Positions 24,920 to 38,055 of a DNA stretch of 64,000 nt are shown here, piece by piece. Position 1 is the first letter of the stretch. Every line of letters begins with the position of its first letter. The DNA is from Octopus sinensis. Taxonomy: Eukaryota. The translations under genes were made by a program, and so were the position numbers. The stretch spans positions 134,292,001-134,356,000 of the forward strand of contig NC_042997.1 of assembly GCF_006345805.1 (NCBI RefSeq). Reading direction: 5' to 3'. The notes beneath the pieces are model-generated. The model was given only the letters and a program-made list of their open reading frames with translations. It was not told the DNA's origin and made no database searches.

Positions 24920-25555
24920 CTGTTTACTTTCTCTTATTCCTTTCTGTGGAAGAGCGTAGGCTCGAAATATAAAATACTTTTTCATTTACCAGAGCGTCAA
25001 ACTAATACACTGCCTTGTTATCCTTACACCTGTCTTCGTCTTTTGTTGTTCTATAAATTTCAACTATATATTATACGCTCACGTGGTTACCCTACTTTGA
25101 ACTTGACTGAACTTCCTAATCTCTTGGACTTGCATATCTGAACCACTTCCCGAACTGCCAGCACCTCTCCACATCTACATACCAGAACTCCACCCGGGTT
25201 ACCATTGGATCTTCTTACTCTTTTAGACTCTAAATTCCCGGATTTCACCGACTATTTTCGTTGATGTAAATCGCTCTAATCTACCACGACATTTTGAACT
25301 TTCTGGACTTACTGAACTTTTATAACATTATTACTTTGCCATCTCTCTTCTTTTAAACTTTTTTCTTCTTTTTTTTTAAACTACTGAACTCTCCACGTTT
25401 CACTTCATTCTCTATTTATTTCTTCTTATTCTTTTCTGCTGAAGAGCTTAGGCTCGAAACGTAAAAGACTTTTCCATTTTGCTCGAGCGTCAAACTAATA
25501 CACTTGTTGTTCCTGCACCTCTCTTCCTCTTTTATTTTTTATAAATTTCGACTAT
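24920..25555 (+). mobile_element. Non-autonomous PLE-like piece with ~150-bp direct terminal repeats bearing decayed minimal HHRs
   Basis: AGAGC.TAGGCTCGAAA..TAAAA.ACTTTT..CAT...AGCGTCAAACTAATACAC occurs at ~24950 and ~25443, with a further partial copy at 13321. The core at 25436 is CTGCTGA-A-GAGCttagGCTC-GAAA-CG-TA. Confidence 0.6.
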
Positions 25556-25589
25556 ACACACACACAAACACCCCCACACACTAACACAA

Positions 25590-25633
<44 letters not shown>

Positions 25634-25697
25634 CAAATCTACTAGTTAACATGGGATTTCTTGACGAAAATGTAACCTTCATTCGACTAAGATATCT

Positions 25698-25784
25698 TTG
25701 GCCTGATGAACAGCTAGCGGAGTACACCTCGTTGAGTAATTACTATTTTCGAAGTTCTGCTAGTTACGAAACATATGTAGCCTA
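25698..25784 (+). ncRNA. Type I hammerhead ribozyme (family F)
   Basis: TTGGC-CTGATGA-ac-AGCTAGCGGA...TCTGCTAGTT-ac-GAAA-CATATG-TA-GCCTA; helix II is 10 bp, triplet GUA. It lies in a ~390-bp piece between (CA)n and (TA)n. Confidence 0.85.
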
Positions 25785-26014
25785 GATTTTACCAATTCCA
25801 TTCTCTAAATTTGGATTTTTATTCGCATACACAGCAACCCCAGTTGCTAACAGTGAACTATACAATAACTTTTTCAAATTATTAAACTTCGATATGATAA
25901 CCTTCTAAGTCAATAAACCAGTACTCTTCCTGAAAGTTGCTTTTTTATACCTTGAACGGACTACTCGAACTTAGTAACTCCATATACTGGATACCTGAAT
26001 TTCATCTTCACATA

Positions 26015-26075
<61 letters not shown>

Positions 26076-26339
26076 TATATATATATAATATATATTGTGC
26101 TCGTCAGTATCTGTGTTTGCTGTAAAGTACGGTTATAAACTTTCTAGAGAACAATTGATAGTTATATCTAGTTGAGCCCCTTTTAACTACGGCCTAGTGC
26201 AATTATGTCGAGATATATTACCTCAAAAAGTTTATATATTCGTTAATTAATCACCGGCCAATGAAACTTTAATGATTACTATATAAAGTATATTACATAA
26301 CAAGCATGACTGTTTATAGATTAATTCAATACAGTGTTA

Positions 26340-26662
26340 TGTATTACTGTTGTTGTTTGTTCCTTCTCGAGCCATGCCTGGCTCATAAGGGCTGGTTTCC
26401 CGGTTTCCTTGGCGTGTAGGTTCCCCATCTGGGCGGGATGCCGGTCCGTCGCAGGTGAGCTGCAAGATGCAGGAGGAAAGAGTGAGAGAGTGAGAGAAAG
26501 TTGTGGCGAAAGAGTCAGCAGAAGTTCGCCATTACCTTCTGCTGGAGCTACGTGGAGCTAATGTGTTTCGCTCATAAACACACACATCGCCCGATCTGAG
26601 ATTCGAACCCGCGTTCCCTCGACCACGAGTCCGCTGCTCTAACCACTAGGCCATGTGCCTCC
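26340..26662 (-). mobile_element. tRNA-derived SINE
   Basis: GGAGGCACATGGCCTAGTGGTTAGAGC head, GGGTTCGAATCTC B box, V-like core and (AAC)n tail. Confidence 0.8.
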
Positions 26663-27275
26663 ACGTGCATTACTATACTACCTCTAATATAGATTTACTG
26701 ATAGAAATGTACACGATTAATTTCGACGTCACATCCTAAATTATATAGTCAAATTCAGAAATAATCTGTAGAATTACACGATTTGAAACCATTTGTCAGC
26801 CACCACATATTTCTCTATGTGAAAAGGAAACAGTTTTTGTTACGGTATAGATATGAAAAGTCGTTGTAGAACTGAAATATATGCCTTCTTTCAGCATGTC
26901 TGACTCAGACGCAGAAATAAGAATAATGTAAACGCTATGAGAATACCAGTTTCTAATTTAAGCAGAAGGCCAGCATTTCGTGCGATGGTAAGGGTGTTAA
27001 TTGATATCATTGATCCCATTGCTTTTCAGACAGCGATGTCTGAATGAAACTAACTGCCTACGCAGATTGTGAAGGGAAAATAATAAACAAATCTATTGTA
27101 TTTGATACGTTACCTCCCAGCACACCCACTGATTGTATTTACAAACAAAAGTCAAAGGTGGTTCAACATTACAATGTCTTCAACGGCAGTTATATAGGAA
27201 GACCACAATAATTTTAAAATTACTTATCCGGATGTTACTTTTCCATACTTAGATATACGTATTTAAATCCATGAT

Positions 27276-27315
27276 TTTCACAATGACGTCTGTGCATTGT
27301 GTTATGGGAAATTCC
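27276..27315 (+). promoter_or_regulatory. Clustered C/EBP-like, CRE-like and NF-kB sites upstream of IL-17-like gene A
   Basis: TTTCACAAT at 27276-27284, TGACGTC at 27284-27290 and a perfect kB site GGGAAATTCC at 27306-27315, ~145 bp before the putative ATG. Confidence 0.55.
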
Positions 27316-27458
27316 ACTACGGGTGGAATATATCTAAGTAGAATTTGACGAGCTATTACCATTTCGAAATATATCCCGTTGAGCAACGAGCACTTTCAGG
27401 TCTTATGTGTCAAACATATTACACCTTTCGTATTTTCAATTTACACAGAAGCAGCACA

Positions 27459-27473
27459 ATGAAGATAACCACA
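27459..27473 (+). CDS. IL17: IL-17-like gene A, putative coding exon 1 (MKITT)
   Basis: ATG AAG ATA ACC ACA|GTAAGT is a phase-0 donor. Joined to exon 2 it gives the signal peptide MKITTASVHVVLFHFFCFVSFVPSA. The implied intron is 10.6 kb. Confidence 0.6.
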
Positions 27474-27564
27474 GTAAGTAAAATTACGTTCATTATATAA
27501 TCTGATGTATTTCTGTATGTAGTTAGCTGGCAATGAGCATTTATATATGTATATTTTTATATAC

Positions 27565-27623
<59 letters not shown>

Positions 27624-27669
27624 TATATATATATATATATATAATATATATATATTATATATATGTATA

Positions 27670-27714
<45 letters not shown>

Positions 27715-27772
27715 TATATGTGTGTATGTATGTATGTATAATTTTTTTTATATAAATGTATATTTCCATATA

Positions 27773-28005
27773 GGAGGGCGAGCTGGCAGAAACGTTAGCA
27801 CGCCGGGTGAAATGCGTAGCCGTATTTCGTCTGCCGTTACATTCTGAGTTCAAATTCTGCCGAGGTCGACTTTGCCTTTCATCCTTTCGGGGTCGATAAA
27901 TTAAGTACCAGTTACGCACTGGGGTCGATGTAATCGACTTAATCCGTTTGTCTGTCCTTGTTTGTCCTCTCTGTGTTTAGCCCCTTGTGGGTAGTAAAGA
28001 AATAG
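27773..28005 (+). mobile_element. tRNA-derived SINE (cephalopod OR-like family)
   Basis: GCGAGCTGGCAGAAACGTTAGC..TTCTGAGTTCAAATTC.GCCGAGGTCGACTTTGCCTTTCATCC. Full copies occur at 42857-43088 (+) and 61188-61405 (-), with many partials. Confidence 0.85.
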
Positions 28006-28208
28006 GTATTTCGTCTATCTTTACGTTCGGAATTCAAATTCCACTAAGGTCGTCTTTGCTTTTCATCCTTGCGGGGTCGAAAAATTAAGTACCATTTGTG
28101 TACTGGGGTCGATCTAATTAACTGGCCCCTTCCCCCAAAATTTCTGGCCTTGTACCTAGAGTAGAAACGAATATAAATAATCTTGATAAATTCTTGGGCA
28201 GAGTTAAC

Positions 28209-28616
28209 GACGCCCACATAAATTGGGTTTTCTTCGCTTTGACAGTGAATTTTTTTTCAAACTTTTCTTCGAAATGATGGAGGAAGCTTTTATGAAAAAA
28301 GATTTGGGAAAACTTACTCTTCACCTCTTCTCTCCTTCACCCATGACCGCTTCGGATCGATTTTGACCAATCTTTTTTGGCACTACGCACTTAAAAATGA
28401 TAGACGCCTTTTCGGTAGAAAAATGTTTTGAAAATATTTTCAAATAGAAAGGCGTATAATTTAAGGGAGATTTAGCAGTTCTCTCTACCAGGTGGTCTTG
28501 AGATCTGCTAAATCCTGTTTTCATAAAAAGCTTCCCCCCACCATTTTGAAGGCCGCGATGAAAAATAATTGGAAAATCTCCATCAAAATGGAGGAAACTC
28601 AACTTATGTGGGCGTC
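28209..28616. mobile_element. MITE
   Basis: Terminal GACGCCCACATAA / TTATGTGGGCGTC and internal GGAAGCTTTTATGAAAA / TTTTCATAAAAAGCTTCC inverted pairs. Confidence 0.65.
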
Positions 28617-29019
28617 CTGATCCAAAACTCTACTAGTTCTTAATTATTAAAAATTTAAAGGACCCATTATAAGATTTTATAACTCTTCTACTTTTACAGA
28701 TTCGAAGTAAATTCTTACATACGAGCATTTATAAAGTAAACTGTTTCTTTGATTATTATTACTAACTAATTTCAAAAGTTTTATTATTGTGTAAATGCAG
28801 TGTTTTTGTTGTTTCTGCCAGCTCACCGCCTTCAAGATTCTTTATATTGAGAGGCACTAAATTTTAAATCAATAAATATTTAAACCTAAATATTGATGAA
28901 GACACTAGTTGCTGCTACGCCAATGTTTGATCCATATCTTAAAAGGATTTCTACGTTGTGTTGTACACCTTGTCTCACATTGATTAAATGTGTCCACTTT
29001 TCTTGTTGTTGTGAACCCC

Positions 29020-29390
29020 TTTGGTCACGAATGACTATGGCATTGCACCTAGAAAGATACCCTCCGAGGCACAAGTCTGGGTAAATTTGTCTACGGAAGA
29101 CCAGCAGTCGCACACGATACCAGCCTCCCCTCTACACGCCACCGATGTTATCCAAGGGAAAGGCAAAGGGGCCGATACAGCTTGGCCCCAGTGATGTCAC
29201 AGCTCATTTAGTAATATGCAAGTGGCTGAACATTCCACACACACGTGTACCCTCAACGTAGTTCTCGGGGAGATTCAGCGTGACACAGAGTGTGACATGG
29301 CTGGCCCTTTGAAATACAGATACAACAGAAACAGGAAGAAAGAGTGAGAGAAAGTTGTGGTGAAAGAGTACAGTAGGGTTCGTCACTGAA
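29020..29390 (-). mobile_element. SINE body
   Basis: Homologous to 12110-12350; followed by a SINE fragment on + (29390-29480). Confidence 0.55.
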
Positions 29391-29656
29391 TCTCAGACCG
29401 GGCGATGTGTGTGTTTATGAGAGAAACACCTAAGCTCCACGCAGTTCCGGCAGAAGGTAATGGCGAACTTCTGCAGACTCTTTCGTCCCTCCTTTCTATC
29501 AATCTTCGGTTTCCTGGCTTCCTATATATAATCAAAATAAGCAACACCTTACTTTGAAATTGTATGGATAATACCGTACTAAATTCTGCTGTCTCAACTT
29601 AAGTACCATATTCATCTGAATTTAAATTTTTGATGAACTCATGTACCATACCCGTA

Positions 29657-29730
<74 letters not shown>

Positions 29731-29847
29731 TATGTGTGTGTGTGTGGTGTGTGTGTGTGTGTATGTATATATATAGACATGCATATATACATAAATACAA
29801 ACATATATACATACACATATATATATATACATACATATACATACAAA

Positions 29848-29898
<51 letters not shown>

Positions 29899-29899
<1 letters not shown>

Positions 29900-30330
29900 T
29901 TGTCTCAACCTCGTGTGTACTGGCACATGCATCCAGGTGGTCTTGAAGTAATTTAGGAGTCGAAATTGGATGTTGATGATGAAGAAAGAGTGTTCAGCGC
30001 ACACCTCAAATAGCAAGAGTCCACTTTCATTGCAGTTTCCGACTCCTTTGTTATTATAGTATTCTCCTATAGTCAATTGTCTATCCCCACTCTTGCAATG
30101 AGAGAGATGCAGAACAACTGGTGGTAAGAAAAAAGCCGTTGAACTCCAAGGGTATGCTGACATCAAATTTTGTGATCGACAATTACCAGAAAAAAGTAGA
30201 GAACAACAAAAGCCTCTCTATTTTGTTTTCCACAACCTCGAAATGGCCCTTGAAAACCGTCCCAAGGCCTGCAATGTGGAAGGTCCCCCGATGCTTCGGC
30301 TGCCCCGATTAGTTCCTTTCTCTAGTACAG
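29899..30330 (-). mobile_element. RTE-clade LINE endonuclease fragment
   Basis: [34 protein letters not shown] is an RTE APE-domain pattern. Confidence 0.7.
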
Positions 30331-30359
30331 GGATTACATGACGGTATAAATGGAACACC

Positions 30360-30412
<53 letters not shown>

Positions 30413-30469
30413 TACACGCACACACACATATTTATACATATATTTTTATATATATAGATATCATATCCA

Positions 30470-30650
30470 CCACATGGTCCAGTCCTTGCAGCGGTGTGGT
30501 GGCTTGTGCGCCTCAATGACCCTGAGAGCTACGCCAGCGGAGCACAAGCTCCTGGTAGGGATTCCCATGCTGGACAGGTCAAAGGTGAGAGGCCAGACTA
30601 ATATGGACCACCTCTCCCCGGAGGTAAAATTGGGTATGCTTAGGGCAAGC
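30470..30650 (+). mobile_element. Probable RTE 5' UTR fragment
   Basis: GGTGGCTTGTGCGCCTCAATGACCCTGAGAGCTACGCC..GCTCCTGGTAGGG resembles RTE-clade 5' ends; recognised from memory only. Confidence 0.35.
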
Positions 30651-30963
30651 ATCTCTTCCAAGAAAAGAAAACAACAACAACAACAAACGAAATAGTTGCA
30701 GAAGTATCGATGACAACTGAAAACCAACAAGATGTAAGAAAAAGCGAAACCTTCCCTAAGGAAAAATATGAAGCGGTGCAGTAAAATATGGAAGGGAAAA
30801 ATCCACTGGGATCCAATTGTAAAGAAGAAAAGAGATCTAGCGCCGAGAACAGAGAAGAAAAGACATTCTATTTTCAAATGGATGCGTGGCGTTCAATCAT
30901 ATAACAATATAAATAAAAAATATATATATAGGCTTATATACATACATATATGTACATACTGAC

Positions 30964-31071
<108 letters not shown>

Positions 31072-32070
31072 TATATGGGTACAGGATGTTACAAAACACA
31101 AACAACGTGAAATACGAAAACATGGAATACGAACTATTTTTTGCCAAGAACAAAAGAAACAAATGGAATAACAAGACAAATAACATAAAGAACGACCCTT
31201 CAACAGTTGTCGGCTGATAAAATCCAAACCAAAAAATAGAACAAGAATATAACAGGCGGCAACAAAACATTCGAGCAGTAGATGATACAAAAAGGGACAG
31301 GATGAAACACGTACAGGTCATTCGGAGATTTCAATCTTCGGTCGAGAAGCAGATCGCCCCTGCAGCTTCGGCCGCTTAATCTCGCGATTGCTCTAATCTG
31401 GCCGGCCCCTAGGAAATCTAAGCTAAGAGCACTAGATTCTTTGGAAGAAAGCAAACGAATATATACGAAACACAAGAATGAAAAGAAAAAGAAACCAGAG
31501 AAATGGTACACAATTAAAAATACAAACAACAGGACATTAACAGCAGATGTCTTTCGACTAAGAACGAATTAAATTAAGCTGGCGTGTGTGGAAGTGAAAG
31601 CCTTACAACAGGAACATAGTAGATGAAAGTCATGAGAAGAAATACGAGAGATACTGCACGTTTGGTAGTCGAACTAGGAAAGAAAGGTCAGGCTTGGCCG
31701 AACACCAGTGACGTGGAAGGAGAGGAGAGAGTTAGCGGGTAGAGGGATTGAAGAATTACGAAGGGACGAGAAAGAGAAAAAGGGGAAAGGGACAGACTGA
31801 GGTAAAGGAGGAAGGAAAGTGATGAAAAGGAAGGGAGTGCCAAGAAATGTGAGAGAGGGTGGAAACGAGAAAAAAGAAATATATATATTTTCGAAATATA
31901 TTTTGAAACGCCACGCATCCTCTTCCAAGTTTATATATATGTGTATGTATGTATGTATGTATGTATGTATGTATGTATGTATGTATGTATGTATGTATGT
32001 ATGTATGTATGTATTTATGTATGTATTTATGTATGTATCTATGTATATATATGTATGTGTGTGTATGTGT

Positions 32071-33068
32071 GGGCGGCGTCCAGATGGATGGACGACGCCC
32101 CAGCTCCAAAAGGCAATCCTGATTGTTTTGACGCTGCGGGGACGCGTGGTAGTATGCGCGAAGTTTGAGGCGGCGCAGGAACAGGTTGACGTCCGCCCGA
32201 GTCTCGAACTCATCACAGTGGCGCGTGAGTGGCGTGAAGCGGAGACCTTTACTGAGGAGGGAGCGCTCAGCGGCGGAGAGGGGGAGGTGGGGGTATAGTG
32301 ACAACAGCGCGAGGAAGCGGGGTGGTGGGAGGACTAGGGGCAGGCGGAGGGGTGCAGGGGTGTGAAGGGGAGGGTAGGGGTGGTTGGGTGAAGATGGGTT
32401 AGGCGTAGGAAGGTCACGGTGGGGGGGGGGGGGGTCCGTGGAAGGGTGGGGTAGGTGCGAAGGAGGGGGGGGGGCAGTGGGGGAGGATGGGGAAGGGGGT
32501 GAGGGGTTGAGGAGGAGGTGGAGTTTTTTGTTTTTTTGTGGTGTGTGAGGTGGTTGTAGAGTTGGTGTGGTTGAGATTAAGAATGAAGCGGAGGATAGGT
32601 TGGGTGAAGAGTGGAGGGCAGAGGGCGGAGAGAAGGAGGTAGGCCTGGGGAAGTTGATGGTCGAGGGAGTCAAGGAGGGGGCGGGTGGAGCGGATGGTGG
32701 CGCGGAGGAGGGAGCGGAGGTCCGAGCGAGGGTGGGTTCGATGAAGGGGGAGAATAGGGGGTAGCGTGGAACTTCCAGAGGAGGAAACCGCGGGGTGTGA
32801 CATGATGGCGGAGGCACCGGCTAAGAAAGGAAAGATGACTAGAGTGGCGGGGTTTTCTAAAAAGCAAGCGGGAAAGTTTTTTTATAGCAGGTGCGGAACA
32901 TTGTGGGGGAGAACGCGACGGGTAGCGGCTGAGGAGGGATTGAAGGTGTTGGACGAAACGAGTGCAAGTCAGGCAGGCATATGAGAAGTGGTGGCAAACA
33001 GGTAAAGGTGGGTGGTGGCGAAGCAGGAAAAAGGAGAGACAACAGGAAAACAACGAAAGAAGAAAAAG
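32071..33068 (-). pseudogene. PLE ORF N-terminal domain (inverted)
   Basis: HLSFLSRCLRHHVTPRGF..LSAAERSLLSKGLRFTP..FLRRLKLRAYY..IWTPP. Confidence 0.75.
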
Positions 33069-34720
33069 GGTGAAGACACCTCCTCCGCTCTCCCCCTCAC
33101 CGCCACCAACCTCATCGTCCGCACACCCCGCACCTCCACCATCTACTTCCTTCCCAAGATCCATAAACCCTCTAATCCTGGCCGTCCCATAGTCTCTGCC
33201 TGTAATTGCCCCACTGAACTCATCTCCCTATACCTCGACCGCATCCTGTCCCCCTTAGTCGCAGCCCTCCAATCCCACATACACGACACCAACCACGCCC
33301 TCCGTCTCTTCAATTCCTTTTCCTTCCTTCCAGCCCCTCACACCTCCTCTTCACTTTAGATGTAAAATCCCTGTAAACAGTGATTCCCCACAATGACGGT
33401 CTCCTAGCCCTCCAACACTTCCTCGACCGTCGTCCCGACCCCACCCCCAGCACCCCCACCCTTCTCCGTTGGCCGAGCTCGTCCTCACCCTCAATTGCTT
33501 CACGTTCGCCGGGGAAAACGTACACAACAGGTGTCCGGGGTCGCGATGGGAACTAGGATGGGCCCCAATTTCGCCAATCTCTTTCTTGGCTACATTGAGG
33601 CCCAAGTGTTCTCCCAGTTCTCTGGGCCGACCCCCGAACTATACGGTCGCTATATCGACGACTGCGTAGGTGCCACCTCCCTTTCCCGTGAACTTCTCTG
33701 CCAATTCATCTCTTTCCTTTCCAACTTTCACCCCTCCCTTCAATTCACCTCCACCATCTCCAACACCTCTGTCAACTTCCTTGACATCTCTCTCCGCATC
33801 GATAACCCCTCCAGATCTCTCACCACCACCGCCTTTTTTAAAACCTACGGATTCCCACCTCTATCTCAACTTCTCTTCCTCCCACCCCTTCCACACCAAA
33901 CGAGCCATCCCCTACTCCCAGTTCCTCCGCCTCCGACGTTTGTGCAGCCGCGACCAGGATTTCGAGACCCAATCTCAATACCTGGCCCGCATGTTCAGAC
34001 TCCGAGGTTACCACCCATACTCCTCTCTGATTGCCCTCCCGCGCCCATCGCATCGACCGCACTACCGCCCTGTCTCCTTCCCCCGCCCACCCCCCAACCG
34101 CACCCCCTTCCCCCTCCTTTTCCACCCCTCTACCCTACCCCTTCGTCGCAAGATACTACGTGCCTTCCGTCGCCTCCAGCTTGATCCCACCACCCGCCCC
34201 ATTTTCCCTAACCTACCCCTGTCCTCTTTCAAACGAGCCCGCAATCTGCGTGACCTCCTGGTCCACAGCACCCTCTCTCTTCCCCCTCAGCCCCACACGG
34301 ATCATTCCCTTGCTCTAGATCCCGCTGCAACACTTGCCCCTTCATCACCAACACCACCGCTGTCACCGGCTCCAACCTGCACCTGTACGCATTAGGCATC
34401 TTTTACGTGCACCTCGTCTGGCCTTATTTACTGCATTAAATGCAACCTATGCGGGATGCTGTATGTAGGACAGACGGGACGCCGGTTGTCCGACCGTTTC
34501 ACTGAGCACTTAAGGGACGTTTGCCTACACTCTCTTTCTCCCGTCGCACGCCACTTCCGCTCGGCCGGCCATTCCCTAGATGACATCTCAGTTGTTGGTC
34601 TCGCCCCCCACCAAGGTCGCCCACTTTCCAGGCTCCACTTGGAGCAACGCTACATCTTCACCCTACAAACTACCACCCCACACGACTTAACACAGCCCCT
34701 CCTTTTGAGATCTTTTTTTT
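33069..34720 (+). pseudogene. PLE reverse transcriptase + GIY-YIG, frameshifted
   Basis: LPKIHKPSNPGRPIVS, LDVKSL, SGVAMGTRMGP, RYIDD, KPTDSHLYL, RLRRLCS, a Cys-rich linker (C..SRCNTC) and LIYCI.C..CGMLYVGQTGRRLSDRFTEH, across several frames. Confidence 0.9.
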
Positions 34721-34739
34721 TTTTTTTTTTTTTTTTTGG

Positions 34740-37510
34740 CACACCACCCCACACACCCACCCACCTGCCTCCCACACGCACACACCCACCCACCTACCTC
34801 CCACAACACCCCAACCACCTACTCCACACGCCTGTTCACACACACACACGAGACCCATCTACGTACATACATTCACACATTTAATCACACACCTTACAGA
34901 CATACTAGCACACACTAACATACAAACCAACATGCACATACACACACACATACATACATACGCACACACATACATACTTACACACACACACACACCCCCA
35001 GACATACATCACACATACACCACAAACATACATACGCACATACATACAACAACACACTCACACACACACACACACCGCACGTACATACTTCACACACACA
35101 ATGCAAACATACATGTAGGCACTACATACATACATGCCCACACATGCACACCCGTACACTGAATGCACACACACATACACCTTTTTGCATCCAGGCAGCC
35201 CCCCCTCTTTTGCTTTCCGGTTTTGGCTGATGGATCCTCGGTTCCCGCGTAGCGGGGCGTCCGAGGGCCTTTGCGCTCGGCGCGCCTTGCGCGCGCTGGG
35301 GGCTTGGTCGGCCCCTTGGGCTTGCGTTGTACTGCTTGTGCGTTGTGTGCGTGAGCGCGCTTTGTGCGTGTGGGCTTGCTTGCGGATGTGCGCGTACGTA
35401 GTTGCATACATACCCACAACACTCGCATGCATCCCTACCCACATACATACACGCACACCTACTCACACACACACATACCACACATACCTGCACACACACA
35501 CCATACTACATAATACCATACCTACTTATCAGACAACACACACACAGACATACACCCATACACTCCAACTCACACGCATACACACACACGCATACACACG
35601 CACACGTACACATACACACACACACACACACCTACATACATACTTACACTTGTATACACACACACTTACATTCATACACACACACACCTACAACAGCTAC
35701 CCTCACTCAGACATACACATCTACCTACACACACACACAACACACACGGACACACACACCCATACATACATACATCTACACACACACACCTACACACATA
35801 CATACACACATACATAAACAACACACACATACACATATACCACATACGCACACACACATATACTTATACACATGCACACACACACACATACATAAATACA
35901 ACACCCATATACATACATACACACATACCCACATACTCCTATACGCACATACATACACAAAGACATACACACTTACACACTCACACAAACATACACACAC
36001 ACATACTTACACACACACTCACTGCACGCGCACACACATGCATGACAAACCCATACACTCACACTCACATACGCACACACCAACATAAAACACGCACACG
36101 CACACACACACCTACACTCCACACCATACACACGCACCTACATACCACACGCACGCATACACACGCATCACACATACATTACACACGTACACACACCCCC
36201 ACATACACATGCATACCACAACACACACAACAATGCACGGACAACACCCCCAGACATACACACATACACCTATATACACACGCCCACACACCTACATACC
36301 ACATATATACACAACCACGCACACCTACATACACACACATACATACACACACATACAACGGGACACACCCACACATACTTACATACATACACCTATACAC
36401 ACACGCCTACACACCTAACATACACACACATGCATACACACACACACACATGTACGCACATACACACACATATACGTACATACATATATACCCACACACA
36501 TGCACACCCACAACACACATACGCACATGCATGCATGCATGCACACGCGCACACCTACAACACGCATACACACACACACGCACGTACACATACATACATA
36601 CACACACGCATACATACACCCATACACATACATGCATCCGACACACACATACATACACACTCACACATACATACACACACACACACTCACTCACACACCT
36701 GTATGTACGCGCACACACATGCACATACACACACTTCCCCACACCCACACGTACATACATACACACTCACACACATACACACACACACACACGGACATAC
36801 ATCTATGCACACACATACATACACACATACTCACATACATTCATCGGACACACTGCCACCCAGACATACACACAGACACACTCACACATCCACACACATA
36901 CATACTTACGCGCATACTCGCAGGCACGCGCACATACGCAACTTGCGCCGGCTCGCGCTGCATACGCGCCGCATACACCTCGCCCTTGGCCTGACGAGAC
37001 CTCCCGCCCGTTCCTGGGGACGTCGCGTGTCGTTGGGTTTTCCCACGCCTGTCTCCGCGGTACCACTCTTCCATCTTCCCATCGCTGGAGTCCTTTTTCC
37101 TTAACCCCTCCTTTTTCGTTACACACACGCGCACACATTAACACACCTTGCCTATATATATACATCACTCTTACACACATTCAATCTACTCGCCATTAAT
37201 ACCACCACGACACTGGACACACACACACACTACTACTCACCCACGCTGGCACCTACATAACGCCCCCACCCTTCCCCTCCCTCCCTTCCTCCTTCCTTCT
37301 TTTTCTTACTACTGACCTCCCTTCCTCCTTCCTTCTTTTCTCTTACTACTGACCTTGTCTGCTAGCTGACCACTAGTCTCGCCCTACCTCACACGCCTAC
37401 ACACAGACGCACACACTAACACACCCATATTTTTGTTTTTTTCATCTCGCCTCACACACACACATACACACACGCACACGCACACACTCACACATACACA
37501 CACATCTGTT
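34740..37510 (+). repeat. Degenerate CA-rich tract with two GC-rich islands (35190-35405, 36920-37110)
   Basis: Imperfect ACAC/ACAT runs; the long His/Thr ORFs in the track come from this tract. Confidence 0.8.
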
Positions 37511-37671
37511 GGGTTACCAACCTTGTCTCCACTCTTTTGCCTTTAAAAACCCACTTTGCTCTTGTTCGTCAACATCCGCCTTCACCATGTGCAACTCGTA
37601 AACACCAGTCGTCTTTTTTCTCTTCCCTGTTGCCCGCTCTGGGATCTTTCTTTCCTCTCTCTTCCTTCTTT

Positions 37672-37710
37672 AGGTTTCCGACGAAGAGCTCCGCTCGAAA
37701 CGTCATACCT
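37672..37710 (+). ncRNA. Minimal PLE-type HHR with a U4C core change
   Basis: AGGTTT-CCGACGA-A-GAGCtccGCTC-GAAA-CG-TC-ATACCT; triplet GUC. Confidence 0.65.
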
Positions 37711-37819
37711 CCCTGCTTCCATCTCCTGAGCGCCTATTAATAATAATACTGTAATTGTTCCTGTTGTTGTTGTTTTTTTGTTTCCCTTTTGGATTAAAAT
37801 TATATATATATATATATGT

Positions 37820-37853
<34 letters not shown>

Positions 37854-38055
37854 GTATGCATGCATGTATGTTTGTGCGCGCGTTTGTACGAGTGCATGTG
37901 CCTGTGTGTGAGTATGTGAGTATGTGTGTGCGGGTCTGATTATTTTCTTGTGTGTGTGTGTGTGTGTTATTCCTAAATTTCTTAACCCCTCTGAATTTCA
38001 GCACCATACCAAATGAAATAATATGAATTGACGAAAATATTTTTGTTTCTCACAG

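Larger units (their letters stand above)
32071..37800. mobile_element. Penelope-like element (Neptune-type) with an inverted 5' segment, inside the IL-17A intron
   Basis: The N-terminal part is on - (33068 down to 32071), RT-EN is on + (33069-34720), then a ~2.8-kb CA-rich tail, an HHR remnant at 37672 and a (TA)n end. Confidence 0.85.

Noticed and set aside
26278-26345. TATATAAAG followed by ATG ACT GTT.. as an alternative IL-17A start
   Set aside because: The frame runs into a SINE without a good donor; the 27459 exon fits phase and signal peptide better.
30470-30650. Possible HDV-like ribozyme in the RTE 5' fragment
   Set aside because: The nested double pseudoknot could not be assembled by eye; it needs an RNArobo search.
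36985-37075. CTGACGA followed by a GAC..GTC stem inside the PLE tail
   Set aside because: No GAAA follows helix II and helix I is poor, so it is treated only as a hairpin.
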